Translations under genes and position numbers: made by a program
NCBI GenBank assembly: GCA_048887225.1
Contig: JBHLJY010000009.1
Coordinates: 1 to 64,000, forward strand
DNA: 64,000 nucleotides
Direction of reading: 5' to 3'
Source of the DNA: Candidatus Hodarchaeota archaeon
Lineage (GTDB): Archaea; Asgardarchaeota; Lokiarchaeia; Sigyniarchaeales; SOKP01
The notes under the pieces: model-generated
The model's input: the letters and a program-made list of their open reading frames with translations, nothing else
Database searches by the model: none
What the model was told of the DNA's origin: nothing
Shown: positions 59,052 through 64,000 of the stretch, piece by piece
Layout of the letters: each line of letters opens with the position of its first letter
Numbering within the stretch: the first letter of the stretch is position 1

Positions 59052-59702
59052 TTAAATAAAAAATTTTTGTTGTAGTTGAATATACTCGTAATAATCATGA
59101 AGTGAATCCTCGACTAAATCAGACACTATTTCGTAAAATTGTCTAAAAAGTTCTTCAGGAAAGATTTCCATTTCAAAGATGATTTTTGTTATTAAATCTT
59201 CAGCCAGTATCTGAGAATTTATTGATTGATGATATAGCAAAAAATTCATCATTCTTCGTTCAACTTCAACTTTGACGATATTTTTACAAAGTTTAAATCC
59301 AATATCCGTTTTTAAATCGAGGAAATACGGATAATTCTTCTCATCTAATATTTTTTTGATATGTAATACACCTATAATTTTTTCTACGCTATAATCTAAA
59401 GAACTAGGTTGAATTCCAAACTTTCGGCAAAATTTTTTTTTTGATTCGTGGGCAGGAAACGCTTTAGGATGTCTCGAAACAATGTAATAAGCTGCTATAA
59501 AGAACTTAAATAAGTTATGAGGAATTTTACCATTTAATTTCAATAACCTATATATAATAGAGATTGTATCTAATGTTAAATTTCGATTTATATCAAATTG
59601 TTCTAAAAATTCCTGTCCATCTTTTAAAAGATTTATTGTTATTCGATCTTTTGTATTTAAAACTTCTTGGTTTATATTAATTAATTCTAACATTTGACAC
59701 AC
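59052..59702 (-). CDS. Hypothetical protein with one cyclin/TFB-repeat-like segment
   Basis: FFIAAYYIVSR...SKKKFCRKFGIQPSSLDYSVEKI resembles a TFB repeat plus HTH. Confidence 0.5.
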   Translation of the reverse strand: MCQMLELININQEVLNTKDRITINLLKDGQEFLEQFDINRNLTLDTISIIYRLLKLNGKIPHNLFKFFIAAYYIVSRHPKAFPAHESKKKFCRKFGIQPSSLDYSVEKIIGVLHIKKILDEKNYPYFLDLKTDIGFKLCKNIVKVEVERRMMNFLLYHQSINSQILAEDLITKIIFEMEIFPEELFRQFYEIVSDLVEDSLHDYYEYIQLQQKFFI

Positions 59703-59814
59703 ACAACCCGTATTTTAAGCCTAATACTAGTTCAATTAATATATAAAAGAAATTTTTTCGATATTATTTTGATAATATTTATATAATATACTTATAACAT
59801 TACTTATATTTAAA

Positions 59815-59832
59815 TGTTGCATTATTGCAACA
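59815..59832. promoter_or_regulatory. Palindromic operator TGTTGCA-N4-TGCAACA
   Basis: Perfect 7-bp arms next to TTTAAAT; additional half-site TTGCAAACA near 59847. Confidence 0.55.
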
Positions 59833-59916
59833 ATATAGTATCACAATTGCAAACATTTATATACTTGATAGGATATGTGTTAATTAACTAATTTTGTCGC
59901 AGGGTTTAATTATAAG

Positions 59917-60366
59917 ATGCCTGAAAACGAAGAAGAAATAAAAAGGAAGTCACGCATCACAATAGGATTAGACGATTTTGACTATAGGGTAGTCAACAAA
60001 ATGTCTATGAATAGAAACTTGCCTCTTTCAGAAGTTATCAGAATTGTAGTACATCAATGGATTGAGTTTAATCCTGAAATTTTAAAACGAAATTATGGCA
60101 TTGAGTTACAAGATATAACAGAGGAAATTCAAAGCGAATCCTTAGAAATTTCTATTGATAAAACTCTAAAACCATATGAAAAAGCTATGATTAAAGAATT
60201 ACCAGAATTTTTTGAATTAGTAAATGATGTAGGTATAGAAGATCTTGCAGAACATTTCAATCTCAATCCTAAAGCAATAAAAAATATTATTTTTACTCAT
60301 GGTAAAGAAATCAAAAATGTTGGATTAAATTTAAAATTAAAAGAAGGAAGAATATATAAAAACTAG
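59917..60366 (+). CDS. Ribbon-helix-helix protein with C-terminal HTH-like domain
   Basis: RITIGLDDFDYRVVNKMS...LPLSEVIRIVV; VGIEDLAEHFNL. Confidence 0.7.
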   Translation: MPENEEEIKRKSRITIGLDDFDYRVVNKMSMNRNLPLSEVIRIVVHQWIEFNPEILKRNYGIELQDITEEIQSESLEISIDKTLKPYEKAMIKELPEFFELVNDVGIEDLAEHFNLNPKAIKNIIFTHGKEIKNVGLNLKLKEGRIYKN

Positions 60367-60369
60367 TAT

Positions 60370-60969
60370 TTAGTCGCTAAGTTCCAATTCTTCTTCACTT
60401 TCTTTGATAGCATTTACAAATATTTCAGTAACCATTCTAAACGCTTTTTCTACATTTTCTCCTGTTTTTGCCGATGTCTCAATATAAGGGATCTCCATGT
60501 TCTTGTATCCTGGATATTTTATATACAAGGATTTTATAAATCTGACAACTTCTTTATTATCTATTGACCTTTCTTCTTCTAAATCGACTTTATTTCCAAT
60601 TAAAATAGTGGGAATTGCGGGCTCTTCTAATCCCATATACATGTCATTAAACCAATGTTCTAGATTCATTAAGCTACTAAAACGAGTTAAATCAAAGACA
60701 GCTAAACAAATCATAGTCCCTAAATAAAATAGAGATCTAACTTCCTTAAAATGTGGTTGCCCCGCCAAATCCCAAATTAATACTTTAACTTTTTCACCAT
60801 TTTTGCCGATTTGAATTATTTCTGAATAGAAATTGGCACCAACTGTCATTAGATAAGCAGTTGAGAAAAATCCATGGCAGAAATTCTCAGCTAGACTTGT
60901 TTTTCCTGTAGCACCGTCACCAATCAAGACAGCTTTTGCAAGGTAAGCATAATCTTTAGAGATGCTCAT
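60370..60969 (-). CDS. Rab-like small GTPase
   Basis: GDGATGKTS, YLMTVGANF, IWDLAGQ, GNKVDL, ETSAKTGENV. Confidence 0.95.
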   Translation of the reverse strand: MSISKDYAYLAKAVLIGDGATGKTSLAENFCHGFFSTAYLMTVGANFYSEIIQIGKNGEKVKVLIWDLAGQPHFKEVRSLFYLGTMICLAVFDLTRFSSLMNLEHWFNDMYMGLEEPAIPTILIGNKVDLEEERSIDNKEVVRFIKSLYIKYPGYKNMEIPYIETSAKTGENVEKAFRMVTEIFVNAIKESEEELELSD

Positions 60970-61026
60970 AAAGCAATTTGAGAAATATGTATAAAACTAT
61001 ATTATGAATATAAAGATAATAAGTTT

Positions 61027-61815
61027 TCATTTATATTTTTTAATGAATCCTTTTAAAGGAGTAAAATATTCCTCTTTATAGGAAAAAATATCATTATGCC
61101 CAGCACCCTCTATTAAAACTAATTTTTTATCAATTCCCTCTTTAATAGAATTAAATATAGCTTTTCCCTCTTCGCATGGAATAATCCAATCCATTGTTCC
61201 ATGAATTATTAAGGTTGGTTTTTGAAATTTTTTAATTCTCGTATCGTTTGAATATTCACTCAAGTTTGCTGGAGTAATATCTGGACTTCGCACTCCAAAC
61301 AATCTTGTCATCATATTATAAATACTAGCAAATCCACTTTCAAAGATAACACCATTAAGCTCTTTTGGATTATGCGAACCTATTTCGGATGCGCAAACGC
61401 TTCCAAGTGATCGTCCTTGAACAAATAATGAATTTTTCAGATTATTATTAATCATCCATTCTTTAAATTGTATATAAATTGGCATAGCATCTGTAATTAA
61501 ACCAGAATATATTGGCTGCCCGGTACTGTGACCGTATCCACGAAAATCTGCTACAGCTAAATTTATATCACACTCAAAAAATAGTTCATAAAAATATCTA
61601 TAATCAAGCGCAATTTCGCCGTTCCCGTGAAAAAATAAAATGGTTGGCAAGTTTGAATCCTTTATATAACAATAACCTCCAATTAAAATATCTTCACTTA
61701 TTTGAAAATTTAAAGCTTTAATCTCATGAGGTAAATCATTAGGAATTGATGTTTTTCTTGGATAAAAGACAACCGATGAGATTCGTGGATCATCTATTAA
61801 TTGTTTAATCGCCAT
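61027..61815 (-). CDS. Alpha/beta hydrolase, ABHD13/ABHD17/BEM46-like
   Basis: FFHGNGE, DFRGYGHSTG.P, GRSLGS, IIHGTMD.IIP, GAGHND. Confidence 0.88.
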   Translation of the reverse strand: MAIKQLIDDPRISSVVFYPRKTSIPNDLPHEIKALNFQISEDILIGGYCYIKDSNLPTILFFHGNGEIALDYRYFYELFFECDINLAVADFRGYGHSTGQPIYSGLITDAMPIYIQFKEWMINNNLKNSLFVQGRSLGSVCASEIGSHNPKELNGVIFESGFASIYNMMTRLFGVRSPDITPANLSEYSNDTRIKKFQKPTLIIHGTMDWIIPCEEGKAIFNSIKEGIDKKLVLIEGAGHNDIFSYKEEYFTPLKGFIKKYK

Positions 61816-61862
61816 TTTTAAATATTAAATTATAAACGATAAATTATAAAAAAAAGGAATAA

Positions 61863-62585
61863 TTATGCTTTTAGACCTAAATACATCCATACTGCGAATG
61901 TCATCATAGCTCCTCTCCAAATTCCTAAATATAATCCAGGGGCAAATAACGAATCAGCTAATCCGCAAATAAAGAAAATTAAGAAACCTATGAATAAATA
62001 AGTAAATTTCTTTCTTAGTTCGCCATTTGCTTGCTTTGCTTTTATAGCAAATCCTATTACTAAAAACACAAGAACAGATACTAAAAAGATGGCAACTAAA
62101 TAAAATGCTAGATTATTTCTGCTAAAAGAAGAATCAATTAAATCACCTTCGGCATATGGATTAAATTCAAAGGCTCCTGTTGGTCCAATTGGATTTGTAA
62201 ATATCAGGATCTCAAAGATTATGCCTAATACTGTATAAATACCTATTATTACTTTTTTCCACTCAGGTATCATGAGTTCGGAACCAAGATAAAAAGCGCC
62301 TACAACTCCTGGAGCAACCCATACATAAGACAACCATCCATAGAGATGTTCGGGAGAGATATTTCTTCCTGTTAACATTACCATAAAAAAGTCTGTTGCT
62401 GGCCCCAACCAAAACAACCCTATGTTAATCATCACTAAACCTGCTACACCAAGGAGTTTAGCTTCTAATTTTCTAGCGTGATAAAAGGATATTATTCCAA
62501 AGATTACTGAAAATAAAATTATGCCTGTAGCCGTTATTCCGTCAATAAATCCTAAAAGGGAAAGATTTCCTATTTCTCGAGCCAT
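61863..62585 (-). CDS. 7-TM membrane protein
   Basis: Seven hydrophobic segments; no soluble domain. Confidence 0.75.
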   Translation of the reverse strand: MAREIGNLSLLGFIDGITATGIILFSVIFGIISFYHARKLEAKLLGVAGLVMINIGLFWLGPATDFFMVMLTGRNISPEHLYGWLSYVWVAPGVVGAFYLGSELMIPEWKKVIIGIYTVLGIIFEILIFTNPIGPTGAFEFNPYAEGDLIDSSFSRNNLAFYLVAIFLVSVLVFLVIGFAIKAKQANGELRKKFTYLFIGFLIFFICGLADSLFAPGLYLGIWRGAMMTFAVWMYLGLKA

Positions 62586-62727
62586 ATAATTTTTACACCT
62601 ATTTTAAATAATTATTATTATTTAACTCCACAATTATTTAAATTTTTAACTAATTTGAAAAAAAAATTTTAATTGCTTATATAATAAGTTAGTTATCTAT
62701 TTTTATCTTTTTAGATAAATTTCTTTT

Positions 62728-63627
62728 CTATTTTTTATATTTTAATCCATGTTTCTTTTCTCTTCTAATAAATTTCTCCACATCGTAGGGGATTTTTTCG
62801 CCTGTATCTACGATTCTTCTTAATGTAACTTTTTTACTTTCTTCTACCATCATTTGGGTAGGTTGATATTTTCTAGCAGGATTTCCAATATATATCCAAT
62901 CAGGTTCTAAAATTTGTCCGATGTGTGTTGTTGCCCATACACCTAACGTTGTACCTTTTCCAATAACAGTACCAGGTGCGACAATTGCATTTCCTCCAAT
63001 AATAACATGATCTCCAATTATAACTTTTTTTATTAAAAGATGATCTGCAATAATCATACTTGATAGTACCACAGCTCCTTGCCCCAACATTATACTCTCC
63101 CCATAATCAATAAATTCAACATCACTCCATCCGTCGAACATCGTACTTTTAAAGTCTGCTCTCATGTCACACATTTTAAAAGCTAAATTAGAGGCCCAAG
63201 GAAAGGCAAAATTATTCCAAGTCCAAAAAATAAATTTTTTAATGGCTATTCTAAGACAATAAAAATAATAATCCTTATCTTTTTTATCTATTCTAAAAAG
63301 GCCTTCTCGTGGTTTATGAATTAATTGTAAAATTAATAAGAAAAGTTTACCAAAAAGCAAACTAGAGAGAATATAAATTCCCCACCAAGCCATTACATCA
63401 ACAATTATAATTAAAATTCTCCACCAATTTGAAAAAGTCCCATCCATCGCAGAGGTATAAAATGTTAAAATTAAAACAGATGGCATCATAAATGATAATA
63501 TATGCAATAGACTATAGAGAAATATTGCTGTTGGCGTCCAGGTAAATGCATTTGTAGTTATTGGATATTGTTCTATGTCGATGGATTCAAAATCTTCAAT
63601 ATTAACATTTTTACCCTCATTCTCCAT
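62728..63627 (-). CDS. Membrane-anchored left-handed beta-helix (hexapeptide) protein
   Basis: Two N-terminal TMs; IIGDHVIIGGNAIVAPGTVIGKGTTLG; YIGNPAR. Confidence 0.85.
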   Translation of the reverse strand: MENEGKNVNIEDFESIDIEQYPITTNAFTWTPTAIFLYSLLHILSFMMPSVLILTFYTSAMDGTFSNWWRILIIIVDVMAWWGIYILSSLLFGKLFLLILQLIHKPREGLFRIDKKDKDYYFYCLRIAIKKFIFWTWNNFAFPWASNLAFKMCDMRADFKSTMFDGWSDVEFIDYGESIMLGQGAVVLSSMIIADHLLIKKVIIGDHVIIGGNAIVAPGTVIGKGTTLGVWATTHIGQILEPDWIYIGNPARKYQPTQMMVEESKKVTLRRIVDTGEKIPYDVEKFIRREKKHGLKYKK

Positions 63628-64000
63628 TATATTCCCCCCCTGTGAATCTTAAAATTTCTTCTTTTTTGAGTCTTCTGATTGGAAAGCCTGAATATATTCC
63701 ATTATCTCCAATTTTATCGTATTTTATTGTTGTAGCACTTGGTAGAAACGTTGCGTGATTTCCTATTTCCAAGCCTGGCATCCCACCAGTTAAAGAATTA
63801 AAAACACAATTATTGCCAATTTCTACTCCGAAGAAAGTTAGATTCTCCTCGCCATAGACACCATCTACAAGGTGATTAGATAGGTGAGCAAAGGTTCCTA
63901 AATAACAATTCTTTCCAAAATTAATATGGCTATGAATATAAGATTCTTCTAGAACTGTACCTTTTCCAATTTTGTTAGAACCGATAAATCTTAACTCCCA
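63617..64000 (-). CDS. C-terminus of a second hexapeptide-repeat protein (5' truncated; not in ORF track)
   Basis: Hand translation WELRFIGSNKIGKGTVLEESYIHSHINFGKNCYLG...VEIGNNCVF...LEIGNHA...IYSGFPIRRL...EYNGE*; overlaps the next gene by 11 bp. Confidence 0.8.
   Translation of the reverse strand, partial: WELRFIGSNKIGKGTVLEESYIHSHINFGKNCYLGTFAHLSNHLVDGVYGEENLTFFGVEIGNNCVFNSLTGGMPGLEIGNHATFLPSATTIKYDKIGDNGIYSGFPIRRLKKEEILRFTGGEYNGE

Noticed and set aside
1-64000. CRISPR arrays, tRNA/rRNA, IS elements, integrases, defence islands
   Set aside because: No regularly spaced repeats, GC-rich structured intergenic segments or transposase/recombinase motifs were seen by eye; a short ncRNA could still be missed without covariance-model searches

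Overview
AT-rich, gene-dense archaeal chromosome segment. It very probably comes from a Lokiarchaeia/Promethearchaeia-type Asgard archaeon. This is inferred from gene content: a eukaryote-like actin, a Rab-like small GTPase, a longin-like protein, TFB paralogs, SCP2, and archaeal-type purD, nfo, TopoIA and AOR. About 60 CDS are supported, including two edge-truncated genes missing from the ORF track. I saw no rRNA, tRNA, CRISPR array, transposase or integrase. Best candidates for undescribed biology: (1) a coiled-coil/Pro-Gly-rich/WH2-like protein directly upstream of a divergent actin, followed by a duplicated winged-helix pair (33946-36804), which may be an Asgard actin-regulator module; (2) two tandem P2A-scaffold P-type ATPases whose ion-binding helices are rewired in the same way (M4 PEGL->PINI/PINL, M6 Asp->His), so their substrate is unknown; (3) a corrinoid-protein/MtaA-like fusion in which Trp replaces the cobalt-ligating His; (4) a longin-like domain fused to a CxxC..H..H domain that recurs twice in another nearby gene. 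All family calls come from motif recognition by eye; no searches were run.
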